Assembly (NCBI GenBank): GCA_046536595.1
Contig: JAWDMM010000004.1
Location: 1 to 53,409 of the forward strand
DNA length: 53,409 nt
Reading direction: 5' to 3'
Origin: Nitrososphaeria archaeon
GTDB taxonomy: Archaea; Thermoproteota; Nitrososphaeria; Conexivisphaerales; UBA164
Part shown: piece after piece, positions 28,635 through 37,784 of the stretch
Numbering within the stretch: position 1 is the stretch's first letter
How the letters are laid out: the number at the start of each line of letters is the position of its first letter
Made by a program: the position numbers and the translations under genes
The notes under the pieces: generated by a model
What the model was told of the DNA's origin: nothing
The model's input: only the letters and a program-made list of their open reading frames with translations
The model's database searches: none

Positions 28635-29075
28635 TTAACTTATTGGTTTAAGGTAAGATGCATCAACGTTTATCTGTATTGGTACAGCTGTTTCTAAGAG
28701 CATTATTGTCGCTTCCCTTTTCTCTTTATTAAACCTAAGCACTTTAGCTTTCATTCCTTTAAATGGGCCATTTATAACCTCCACTACCTGTTCATTCTGC
28801 AAAGATATTTCTTCAGTTTTAGCCTTTATCAATGGCGCTACATCATTAATGCTTAGTACTCCTGGCACAATAGACTTGATATTCTTGACATCGCTTATGA
28901 GCTTGCTTACAGCTGCCTGATTATCAGCTTCAATGATTAGATATCCTTTCATGTTTTCGCTGTATATTATAGAATATACAGGTAGATTATTCATTTTAAC
29001 TCTGCTCAACAAAAGCAAAGCTATACTTGATTCCTGTCCTCCAACAACCTTTACTGCATAAAATTTAGGGCTCAT
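28635..29075 (-). CDS. spt5: Transcription elongation factor Spt5/NusG
   Basis: NGN domain (YAVKV.GGQE, KGY.IIE) plus KOW (VEVINGPFKG). ATG at 29075 overlaps the secE stop (ATGA). Confidence 0.93.
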   Translation of the reverse strand: MSPKFYAVKVVGGQESSIALLLLSRVKMNNLPVYSIIYSENMKGYLIIEADNQAAVSKLISDVKNIKSIVPGVLSINDVAPLIKAKTEEISLQNEQVVEVINGPFKGMKAKVLRFNKEKREATIMLLETAVPIQINVDASYLKPIS

Positions 29076-29242
29076 CTTAAACTCAGCCAGAAAGCTACCA
29101 AATGTACTATTGTGCCTATTCCGCCTATTAAAAATAAAGCAAGCAGAAATAGCTTCAGATAAGCGGATAGTTCTTTCCAAGATGACTTCTTACTATAGCT
29201 TAAAATTTCCTTTACACTTTTAATAAATTGTGATATACCCAT
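29072..29242 (-). CDS. secE: Protein translocase SecE/Sec61-gamma (56 aa; absent from the ORF track)
   Basis: Manual translation MGISQFIKSVKEILSYSKKSSWKELSAYLKLFLLALFLIGGIGTIVHLVAFWLSLR*: amphipathic helix plus one TM helix with G..G; canonical position upstream of spt5. Confidence 0.85.
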   Translation of the reverse strand: MGISQFIKSVKEILSYSKKSSWKELSAYLKLFLLALFLIGGIGTIVHLVAFWLSLR

Positions 29243-29314
29243 TAGCCCAACAATACTACAAAGATGTAATTTTTAAGCTTTATTAAACAACTTGGATGAT
29301 TTTTAGGCGAACTA

Positions 29315-29545
29315 TCATGACCTTATGGCCAGAGCATCTCTTGAGATCCTGTTTTTATCAAACTTAAGCTCATAAGTTCTTGCATCCTGATGTTTTCTCC
29401 TAAGAAGCGTTTCCTTTTCATGATCCTCGCCTTCTTTTCAGGGTTGGGCATAAGCCTGTAATATTTTTCTTTATATAAAAACCTGTTGTAAGGGGCTAAT
29501 TTCAGCTTACAGATGGGGTCTTTCGCCCCCTTAACCCCCATAAAG
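29315..29545 (-). mobile_element. IS605-type left end with promoter and frameshifted tnpB 5' fragment
   Basis: TTTAA|CTTTATGGGGGTTAAGGGGGCGAAAG left end; TATA TTTATATA; ATG at 29451 reading MPNPEKKARIM/(frameshift)/KETLLRRKHQDARTYELKFDKNRIS, resembling a TnpB N-terminus. Confidence 0.72.
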
Positions 29546-29636
29546 TTAAATACAAATTCTAAACTGGGTAGCTTTAATTTTACAGATTTTTCAAGCTCAT
29601 GGCATCTCCGACTATAAAATTATAAAGACATGTCGT

Positions 29637-30089
29637 TCATTTTATTACTGCAGATAACAGTTTATCATGAAGCTCTTCATCTTGAGCAATACCTTTAAGT
29701 ATAAGAACTAAAATGCTATCCTTTTTGTTAGAAGCTTCCTTTATATATTTTTCATATATCTGGTACGCTAATTCTTCGCCTTTCTCCAGTTCTCTGAGAT
29801 TTTCAAAAATGGATTCTACAGACATTTTTTTAACGCTTTCACTTAATTTTACTGCTTCTTCAGAAAGAGAATTGCACAAAGTTATCATTTCATCATCAAC
29901 CAAGCCTTCATATTCATCTAGTTTACTTTCAAGCAGTCTCAGGAGTTCTTCATGTTCCATTGAATCCATCGCTATTTTTTGAAATGCTGTTTTAGCGTTT
30001 ATACCAAAATAACTTAGTTTAAACAAAGTTGAATACAATCCCGCCAAACTGCTTTCTAGTTTTCTTAAGACAAAAATAGCTTTACCCAT
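29637..30089 (-). CDS. Ferritin/rubrerythrin-like four-helix protein
   Basis: Paired E...Y and (D/E)xxH motifs: LE...Y, DSMEH, GEE.AY..Y, DEELH. Confidence 0.75.
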   Translation of the reverse strand: MGKAIFVLRKLESSLAGLYSTLFKLSYFGINAKTAFQKIAMDSMEHEELLRLLESKLDEYEGLVDDEMITLCNSLSEEAVKLSESVKKMSVESIFENLRELEKGEELAYQIYEKYIKEASNKKDSILVLILKGIAQDEELHDKLLSAVIK

Positions 30090-30210
30090 TTATGTTTATA
30101 TGTTAAAATAACATGTTTAAAAACTTTGAATAATTTTCATTTATTCTAAAATTTGACATCGTTTGCAAATTTAGAAAAGTTTTAAAGCCAACGTTTTATT
30201 ACCATTTATC

Positions 30211-31668
30211 ATGATCGCAAAATATCATCACTTTCCACCAACTCACGACTCCTTTACCGATGCACCATCTAAAGATTTTTATGAAACAATCATAGTTGGA
30301 GGCGGGGGCGGTGGTTATCATGGCGGCTTTCAGCTCTCTGACAGCAAAAAAAGTGCAATTTTAATAGATGATAAAGGCAACTTAGGGGGTAACTGCTTGT
30401 ATGAAGGTTGCATACCTTCAAAAGCTGTATACATGACTATATACTTGTTAGAAAAAACAAAAAAGATAGCAGAGCTTAATGGTTCAGTTAATATAAGCTT
30501 AATTCAGGATATCTGGGAAAAAGCTATCGAACATAAAGATTGGGTCCAAAGCATTAGGTATCAGCAACATATAAAAGAAATACTTGAACATGAAAATCTT
30601 GAATTCGTAAAAGCTATTGCAAAACCTACAAAATGCTGTGAGGTTGAAGTTCAAAGTTTGGACGGTTCATGGAAAAAAACTGTAAGAGGAAAATACATGC
30701 TTTTAGCAACTGGTTCAGTCCCGGTTAAACCTCCGATTAAAGGATCTGAACTCACGATAGGATCTGAAGAACTTTTTGGATACAACACAGATTATAAAAA
30801 ATTAAAAAAATCCTTCGTTATAATAGGGGGAGGATATATAGGGGTCGAAGCAGCATCTGCAATCAGCAGACTTTCAACTGATGTAACAATCCTTGAAATG
30901 CAGCCTGATATAATGAACGGTTGGGACGAAGATGCAGTAGAAGAAATAAAAACAACTTTGGAAGAAAACAATGTAAAAATAAAGACAAATGCAAAGGTAA
31001 CATTAATAGAAAAAGCAGGAAACCAAAAAACTGTTTATTATGTTGATGAGTCTGGAGAAACCAGATCAATTACCGCAGACGAAGTTATTATGGCAGTTGG
31101 AAGGTCTCCGTATGTAGAAGAAATTAATAATTTAGGAGTGGTCGAAAACAGAAAGGTTGTAGTTGATAGCCACATGAGAACAAAGGTACCGAATATTTAT
31201 GCCGCCGGTGACGTTATAGGAAAATATATGCTATTTCACTCTGCAGTTAAGGAATCTACTGTAGCGGCATGGAACATAATTGCAGAAAGACCGCTTTATG
31301 AAGTAAACTTCAGGAGTATACCTATTACTGTATTTACAGAGCCTGAGGTGGCAAGTGTTGGGATCACACCTGCAGAAGCAATTAAACTTGGTATACCACA
31401 TGAAGTAGTTTCTTACCATTTAGAAGATGATGCTTATGCCCAAATCATGAAAATGAGAAAAGGCTGGGTAAAAATAGTGATTGAAAAAGAAACACAAAGA
31501 ATTATAGGAGGCTTAATCGTTGGCGAAGCTGCTTCGTTGATGATAAACGAAATAGCGTTAGCGGTTTCAGTTAACGCAAGAGTAAAAGACATAGGCTTGC
31601 TTGCGCATCAGCACCCAACAATATTTGAGTCAATAGATAGAGCTGCCGTAAATTGCTGTAAAATTTGA
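30211..31668 (+). CDS. lpdA: Dihydrolipoamide dehydrogenase-like pyridine nucleotide-disulfide oxidoreductase
   Basis: GGNCLYEGCIPSK redox disulfide, ATGS, GGGYIGVE, GDV, FTEPE, HPTIFE. Confidence 0.8.
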   Translation: MIAKYHHFPPTHDSFTDAPSKDFYETIIVGGGGGGYHGGFQLSDSKKSAILIDDKGNLGGNCLYEGCIPSKAVYMTIYLLEKTKKIAELNGSVNISLIQDIWEKAIEHKDWVQSIRYQQHIKEILEHENLEFVKAIAKPTKCCEVEVQSLDGSWKKTVRGKYMLLATGSVPVKPPIKGSELTIGSEELFGYNTDYKKLKKSFVIIGGGYIGVEAASAISRLSTDVTILEMQPDIMNGWDEDAVEEIKTTLEENNVKIKTNAKVTLIEKAGNQKTVYYVDESGETRSITADEVIMAVGRSPYVEEINNLGVVENRKVVVDSHMRTKVPNIYAAGDVIGKYMLFHSAVKESTVAAWNIIAERPLYEVNFRSIPITVFTEPEVASVGITPAEAIKLGIPHEVVSYHLEDDAYAQIMKMRKGWVKIVIEKETQRIIGGLIVGEAASLMINEIALAVSVNARVKDIGLLAHQHPTIFESIDRAAVNCCKI

Positions 31669-31697
31669 AATGTGTTTGAACTAAATATTAAAAATAT

Positions 31698-31724
31698 CTG
31701 ACCTCCTCCTCGCCCTGAAGGAGA
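31698..31724 (-). mobile_element. IS605-type right-end remnant
   Basis: Reverse complement reads TCTCCTTCAGGGCGAGGAGGAGGTCAG, the same ...GAGGA.GTCAG terminus as 1-221. Confidence 0.6.
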
Positions 31725-31862
31725 TTTGTTGTTTTTTATCAAAATTTTTATGATATAAATTAATTTTATCTATTACGGTCTAAAAGATAAAACAGCTTGA
31801 TTTAAACATAAAAAAAGTTATAACTATATTTTATAAACTCCATTGATTGTGTAAATGTAAAA

Positions 31863-33080
31863 TTGGAGATATTCAGGGCTTTAAATGAATACAAAAATCT
31901 TAAGGAAGATGCCAAGAGGCTTGCTTTTTATAGCTTTGCAAACAGCTTAGCATCTAATTTAGGCGGCTTTATAATGATTTTTTACATAATATACCTTGGT
32001 TATGGCGTAGTTTTTTATGGTATCTTAAGCGCTGTTGGAGGGTTCACTTTTGTTTTCTTGTTGATACCATCTTCAATATTAACATATGTTAAAGGCTCCA
32101 AGCATACTGTTTTAATTGGCAGCATTTTTCAAACGATTTCATACACTATTATATTTCTTTATCCATCAAAAACTACCTTTTTAGCATCTTCTATAATTGG
32201 CTCAGCTGGTTCAAGCATGAATTCCGCAGCCTTAAGCCCTCTTATATCAAAAAGCGAATCACTGACAAACAGAACAAAAGCATTTTCTTTAAATTATTTT
32301 TTAAATTCCATGGGCGCATTTATAGGAACAGCTTTTTCAGGTTCTATTGTTGACGTTTTCAAAAATTATTTAGGTTACTATAGATCTTATAAGTTAATTT
32401 ATTTTATTTCTATGGCTGTGTTCCTTTCCTCATCTTACATTATCTACAAAGTTAAGACTGATCTTAAACCGCCCCCTCCAAAAATAGATTTAAAGAACGA
32501 AAATTTTCGCACAATCTACAAGCTAGCAATTCCAGCAGGCCTCATCGGTGCAGGCGCCGGGTTTTTGATCCCTTATTTTCCGCTTCAATTTAAATATAGA
32601 TTTAATCTAAGCATAACCGTTATATCGGTTATATTTTCCATTACAAACCTGTTCATGGCATTTCTCGCTTTATATATGCCAGAAATCGAAAGAAAAAGAG
32701 GTTCTCTCAGATCCATAATAGGTTCTTGGCTAACTGCTACATCATTTATGGTACTCATGCCTATTGTTGGATTTCTTGGAAACGGTATTTTAGCTATATC
32801 ACTTTTTTCAGCGTTTTATCTTATAAGGACCGTCACGATGAACGCAATCAGCCCTGTACAGTCATCTTTTGAGCTTTCCCTTCTAAATGACGAATACAAA
32901 AGCATAGGTTCCAGCATTGAAACCCTTACTTGGAACGCGATGAATTCGCTAACAGTTATATTTGGAGCTTTGCTCATAAAAGAATCTTTAAATGCTCCTT
33001 TCTTTATATGTGCCGCATTTTATTATGCATCTGCAATAGTTTATTATAAATTCTTTTCAAACGTTTCTAAAAAAGAATAA
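31863..33080 (+). CDS. MFS transporter
   Basis: About 12 TM segments; R..AFS.N and G.GAG..IP motifs. Confidence 0.82.
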   Translation: MEIFRALNEYKNLKEDAKRLAFYSFANSLASNLGGFIMIFYIIYLGYGVVFYGILSAVGGFTFVFLLIPSSILTYVKGSKHTVLIGSIFQTISYTIIFLYPSKTTFLASSIIGSAGSSMNSAALSPLISKSESLTNRTKAFSLNYFLNSMGAFIGTAFSGSIVDVFKNYLGYYRSYKLIYFISMAVFLSSSYIIYKVKTDLKPPPPKIDLKNENFRTIYKLAIPAGLIGAGAGFLIPYFPLQFKYRFNLSITVISVIFSITNLFMAFLALYMPEIERKRGSLRSIIGSWLTATSFMVLMPIVGFLGNGILAISLFSAFYLIRTVTMNAISPVQSSFELSLLNDEYKSIGSSIETLTWNAMNSLTVIFGALLIKESLNAPFFICAAFYYASAIVYYKFFSNVSKKE

Positions 33081-33145
33081 GTTTTTGCTTTTAAAAATCT
33101 TCCCAACATAAATAGTTAAATAAAAAATTAGTTTAATAAAATAAT

Positions 33146-33898
33146 ATGATAAAGCAAATATGTTTACTGCCTCATGGCGATGAAGTTTTAAAAACTGATG
33201 ATCAAGATGTTAAGGAAATAAGAAAAATAATGATAGAATGCGGCAACAAGTATCATGGGGAAACATTGATCGTTGTGTCCCCTCACTCCATAAGGGTGCC
33301 AGATCAAATTTCTTTGTTATATGCTGAAAGAATATGTAAAAACGGCAAATGTTACATTACAGATAGAAGTCTTGCCGATGATCTTTATAATGTTTCTAAA
33401 AGGAATGAATTACCTGTCATAAAGGTTAATTATGGCACAGACTCAGGAGAACTTTCTTCATTACCGTTAGATTGGGGGTCGGAAATTCCTCTGAGCTTCT
33501 TTTTAACAGCAAATAAAGTCATGATCATAGCACCGGGAAGAGAAGTTAAAAGATCTGAACTTTTCAAATTTGGTTCTTTGATTGGAAAGCTTGAAAATGA
33601 ATTTTCAATAATAATAAGCGCTGATCAGGCTCATACGCATTCACATAATGGCCCTTACGGATTTTCATTTTTTGCCAAAATGTATGATACAATAATTAAA
33701 AAATTAGTTAAAGAAAATGATCTTAAGAGCTTAATGTATTTAGATAAAGAAATAATAGAAAGAGCGAAGCCCGATAGCTTCTGGCAGTTGCTAATTTTAG
33801 CAGGAATATTAAGCGTTGTTAACGCAAAACCCGAAAAAGTAGCTTATACCATAAAAGATTACTACAGCATGCTTGCTGCTTCTTATTCATATACTTAA
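33146..33898 (+). CDS. LigB/MEMO-like extradiol dioxygenase-fold protein
   Basis: LPHG, VSPH, LDWG..IPL, SADQAH.H motifs. Confidence 0.72.
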   Translation: MIKQICLLPHGDEVLKTDDQDVKEIRKIMIECGNKYHGETLIVVSPHSIRVPDQISLLYAERICKNGKCYITDRSLADDLYNVSKRNELPVIKVNYGTDSGELSSLPLDWGSEIPLSFFLTANKVMIIAPGREVKRSELFKFGSLIGKLENEFSIIISADQAHTHSHNGPYGFSFFAKMYDTIIKKLVKENDLKSLMYLDKEIIERAKPDSFWQLLILAGILSVVNAKPEKVAYTIKDYYSMLAASYSYT

Positions 33899-35133
33899 GC
33901 TTTAAACAACCCTGCTTTTATGAGCGAATTTTCCAAGTTTTTCTTAACAGCCTTGATAAAAGTCTGAGTATCTACAACGGCATTTATTGGTGGCTCAGCA
34001 ACGTTCGCAACATCCTGCGTCATTATTTTATCGCTTTCAATTGTTTTCTTAACAGATTCTTCCAGTAATCCTGAGAATTTATATAACTCCTGGTTTTCAT
34101 CTAACTCGGCTCTTCTCTTTAGTCCTCTTGTCCACGCAAATATTATAGCGGTAGGATTGGTTGAAACTTTTTCACCTTTTAAATACCTGTAGTAGTGCCT
34201 TTGAACTGTTCCATGTGCGGCTTCAGACTCATAATAACCTTCAGGTGACATAAGTTCTGATGTCATCAAAGCCAGCGTTCCAACAAAAGCTGTTGAAACA
34301 AAATCGGAAAAAACGTCTCCTTCATAGTTTTTGCATGCCCATACAAAACCACCCTCTGACCTGACAGCCCTTGCCAGCGCATCGTCAATAAGATAATAAT
34401 TATAGTGTATCCCGTTTGATTCAAAAAGATTTCTATATTCGTTTTCATATACGCTATTGAAAATTTCTTTAAAACGAGCATCATAAACCTTTGATATTGT
34501 ATCCTTGGAGGCAAACCACAGATCTAGTTTAACCATTAACGCATAAGAAAATGATGCCCTTGCAAAACCCGTGATTGATTTATCTATGTTGTATTTCGCT
34601 TCTATAATACCAGAACCGTTAAATTTTGGAAATTTATAATTGACAACGTTTCCATCTTTTTTCTTAATTACAAGCTCTGCTTCACTTCCTTCTTCAAACT
34701 TTGCGCTTACCGCATCATAAATATCCCCAAAAGCGTGTCTTGCTATTATTATTGGTTTTTTCCAGAATCTTATGGCAGGTTTTACATTGTTTACAAGTAT
34801 TGGTGCCCTGAAAATAGTTCCATCAAGAATTTTTCTTATCGTTGCGTTTGGGCTTGGCCATTCTTTTTTTAGGTTATATTCTTTAACTCTTTCGGCATTG
34901 GGAGTTATAGTAGCGCATTTTACACCTACTTTCCACTTTTTTATGGCTTCTGCTGCTTGTATAGTTATCTGATCGTTAGTTTCGTCTCTTTTCTTAACAT
35001 GCAAGTCGTAATATTCTGTTTTAAGATCAACATAAGGTAAAAGGAGTTCTTCTTTGACCCATGCCCACATGATTCTTGTCATTTCATCTCCGTCAATTTC
35101 CACTATAGGATTTGTCATTCTGATTTTTTCCAT
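33895..35133 (-). CDS. icd: NADP-dependent isocitrate dehydrogenase (eukaryote-like homodimeric type)
   Basis: DGDEMTR, KCATITP, W.SPN.TIR, RHAFGD.Y, LIDD, KNY.GD..SD, EAAHGTV.RHY. Confidence 0.93.
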   Translation of the reverse strand: MEKIRMTNPIVEIDGDEMTRIMWAWVKEELLLPYVDLKTEYYDLHVKKRDETNDQITIQAAEAIKKWKVGVKCATITPNAERVKEYNLKKEWPSPNATIRKILDGTIFRAPILVNNVKPAIRFWKKPIIIARHAFGDIYDAVSAKFEEGSEAELVIKKKDGNVVNYKFPKFNGSGIIEAKYNIDKSITGFARASFSYALMVKLDLWFASKDTISKVYDARFKEIFNSVYENEYRNLFESNGIHYNYYLIDDALARAVRSEGGFVWACKNYEGDVFSDFVSTAFVGTLALMTSELMSPEGYYESEAAHGTVQRHYYRYLKGEKVSTNPTAIIFAWTRGLKRRAELDENQELYKFSGLLEESVKKTIESDKIMTQDVANVAEPPINAVVDTQTFIKAVKKNLENSLIKAGLFKA

Positions 35134-35236
35134 GGCAATCTAATTAAATCGGAAAAATTTAACCTTTATACTTATACCATGCTAAAAATTTATCTTTAAA
35201 AATCAGATTAATGGTTAGAAGATTCTATATTAGACA

Positions 35237-35265
35237 GTAAACTACCCTGCCATTACGGATGAGCC
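35237..35265 (-). mobile_element. IS605-type right-end remnant
   Basis: GTAAACTACCCTGCCATTACGGATGAGCC resembles the reconstructed 18145 end GTGAACTACCCGCCCTTACGGAGGGG. Confidence 0.55.
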
Positions 35266-35313
35266 TATGGTGTTAAAAGATGAAAAGAGACGTTCCAATG
35301 GCTACGCTTAAGA

Positions 35314-36441
35314 TTACTCGAAGTACTGCAGCAGGTAATCATACTCTTCTTTTCCAGTAATATCCGCGAGCTTCTTTAATCTGTCTTTTACGTTAGTAAG
35401 CCCAAATTCCTTCCCCATCTGAACTATCCCTTTTGGATAGCCCAACCCTAGCATTGAAGCTGTATTTATGTCACTTTCGGAAGCTATATCGTTTTTTATG
35501 AGCCAGAGGGCTTCACCAACTTCTGGTGAAACTACTAACCATGGATCAAATTTAGATCCTGCTTCAGAGGGTATATCTGGTTTCTTGTAAACCCCTTTGC
35601 CTGGATATTTGTAAAATCCCTCACCAGTTTTCACGCCAAATTTACCTTCTTCGTACATCTTTTCAAAGGTCTTGCAAAAATCACCTAAAAAGCCCCTTTC
35701 CTTCATGGCCCTAAAAACAAGATAAAACACGTCGATGCCGCTGTAGTCAGCTAGTTCAAATACACCCATGGGGAAACTCAACTTGTACTTTAAGGCCGAA
35801 TCTATTTGAATGATATTCGCTACATTGTTTTCTACTATTTGACATGAAGCGTTCATTAGCCTTGCTAAAAGTCTGTTAACGATAAACCCGGGCACGTCCT
35901 TTTTTACGATGACAGGCACCTTATTTAGCCTTTTACTAAATCCAACGGCTTTGTTTAAAGTTTCTTCTGAAGTATAATTTCCTTTTATTATTTCAACAAG
36001 TTTCATGAGCTGCGGAGGATTAAAAAAATGGATACCTACAACCTTTTGTTTTAAAGTTAATTGTCTAGAAATTTCTGAGATAGGAAGGCTGCTAGTATTT
36101 GTTCCAAAAAATTCAGCATCAGGTATTATACTTTCGGCTTTTTTAAATATTTGCAGCTTTAAGTCTAAAATCTCAGGAACAGCTTCTATCATATAATTAG
36201 AATTTTTTAGCGCATCTTCCAAGGAAGTAGTTTTGTTAATTCTTGATAAAACTTCGTTTATGTCGGTGATAACCCCTTTTGCTTTAAATTTTTCTAAACT
36301 TTGTTTTATTTTTTCTATAGCATTAAAAAGTATTTCTTCTTTTATATCATAAATCCACACTTCAAAACCGGACATGGCTGAAATCTGCGCAATGCCATGA
36401 CCCATAGTTCCTGCCCCTATTACGCTTATTTTTTCATTCAA
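35314..36441 (-). CDS. 3-hydroxyacyl-CoA dehydrogenase
   Basis: GAGTMGHGIA, EAVPE, TNTSSL, HFFNP, PGFIVNR, PMG.FEL.D; duplicated C-terminal domain. Confidence 0.92.
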   Translation of the reverse strand: MNEKISVIGAGTMGHGIAQISAMSGFEVWIYDIKEEILFNAIEKIKQSLEKFKAKGVITDINEVLSRINKTTSLEDALKNSNYMIEAVPEILDLKLQIFKKAESIIPDAEFFGTNTSSLPISEISRQLTLKQKVVGIHFFNPPQLMKLVEIIKGNYTSEETLNKAVGFSKRLNKVPVIVKKDVPGFIVNRLLARLMNASCQIVENNVANIIQIDSALKYKLSFPMGVFELADYSGIDVFYLVFRAMKERGFLGDFCKTFEKMYEEGKFGVKTGEGFYKYPGKGVYKKPDIPSEAGSKFDPWLVVSPEVGEALWLIKNDIASESDINTASMLGLGYPKGIVQMGKEFGLTNVKDRLKKLADITGKEEYDYLLQYFE

Positions 36442-37640
36442 CCTATATCCACGCTCCTAGATGCTAACTTTAAAAGCGTTTTAGCTATGGTTAGCTTTTG
36501 AATATCGTTTGTACCTTCATATATTGTAGTTATAACTGAGTCTCTAAGATACCTTTCAACGCCTGTTGCTGAATCTACCCCCGCACCTCCATGTATTTTT
36601 ATAGCCATATCCGATAATTCTTCAGCAACTTCAGTAGCGTAGGTTTTTGCCATTGAAGAGGCCATTAAAAACAATGGTTTCTGCATATCTGCAAGGTATG
36701 CTGCCCAATAAACAAGAAGCCTAGCTGTCTCAAGCTTTATCAGCATGTCAGAAATCCTGAAAGCGACGCCTTCAAACCCGATGATGGGTTTTTCAAAAGC
36801 TTTTCTTTCTACCGAGTAATTAAAAGCCAGCTCAAAAACCCCTTGTGCGATACCAAGAGCTTGAGCAGCTATGATTATTCTTGAATAATCGTATGTTGTC
36901 ACAATAACTTTGAAACCTTCCCCTACTTTGCCTACTATGTTTTCTTCAGGAACTTTAAGATTGTTAAATATAACTTCATTTGGCTGTTCTCCCCTTAGTC
37001 CAATAACCTTAAATTTTTCCCCTATTTCAAGACCGGGCATACCTTTTTCTGCGATGAAAGTTGTTATGCCTTTCCATCTTTTGCCCTGTTCAGGAGGTGA
37101 GGTTCTTGCAGAGATTATAAAATACTGAGCTCTGTCAGAATTTGTGATAAATATTTTCCTCCCGTTAATAGTGTACCCATTATCATTTTTTTCTGCCCTA
37201 GTCTGAATTCCTGCGACATCGCTTCCTGCACCTGGTTCTGTATTAGCATGTGCCGCAAATTTTTCACCTTTTGCAACTGGTGGTATGTACTTGAGCTTTT
37301 GTTCTTCGGTTCCGAAAATCATCAAAGGAACTAAAAAAAGATGGTTTACAGTAACCATTGTACCTAAAGATGGGAGAACTCTTGAAAGTTCTTCTGTAAG
37401 TATAGCTAAAGTTCTCATATCACCTCCTTGTCCTCCGTACTTTTCAGGTACTCCTACCCCGTATAGCCCTAGTTCTCTTGCACCATCTATAATACTCTGT
37501 GGTAATTCGTTTGTTTCCTCGACCTTCTGAACGTAAGGCCTTACCTTGCTTTCTGTAAACTCTCTTACCGATTTCCTGAAAAGTTCGTGCTCGTCCGTCA
37601 TTTCTATTTTAAAATCCATTACCTCATTAAAAGGGAACAT
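36438..37640 (-). CDS. Acyl-CoA dehydrogenase
   Basis: TEPGAGSD, NG.K.FITN, R.AF.K, IHGG.G, IYEGTN.IQ. Confidence 0.93.
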   Translation of the reverse strand: MFPFNEVMDFKIEMTDEHELFRKSVREFTESKVRPYVQKVEETNELPQSIIDGARELGLYGVGVPEKYGGQGGDMRTLAILTEELSRVLPSLGTMVTVNHLFLVPLMIFGTEEQKLKYIPPVAKGEKFAAHANTEPGAGSDVAGIQTRAEKNDNGYTINGRKIFITNSDRAQYFIISARTSPPEQGKRWKGITTFIAEKGMPGLEIGEKFKVIGLRGEQPNEVIFNNLKVPEENIVGKVGEGFKVIVTTYDYSRIIIAAQALGIAQGVFELAFNYSVERKAFEKPIIGFEGVAFRISDMLIKLETARLLVYWAAYLADMQKPLFLMASSMAKTYATEVAEELSDMAIKIHGGAGVDSATGVERYLRDSVITTIYEGTNDIQKLTIAKTLLKLASRSVDIG

Positions 37641-37784
37641 CGATCATATATTAAAAAGAGAAGAATTTAAATTTTATTTTTCGAATCAAATATTAAAAAT
37701 TTCTTAAAAATAGTTTGTATGTTTTCAAAATTTCATTTCTTTACCAAATAAAAAATAAATATTACTTAAGTCATCATAATTGAT

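Noticed and set aside
29076..29180. 35-aa N-terminal extension of Spt5 in the ORF track
   Set aside because: It overlaps secE in another frame; the ATG at 29075 gives a normal-length Spt5.
29323..29541. 72-aa ORF as a real gene
   Set aside because: Starts inside the IS left-end hairpin and runs out of frame with the TnpB-like segment.
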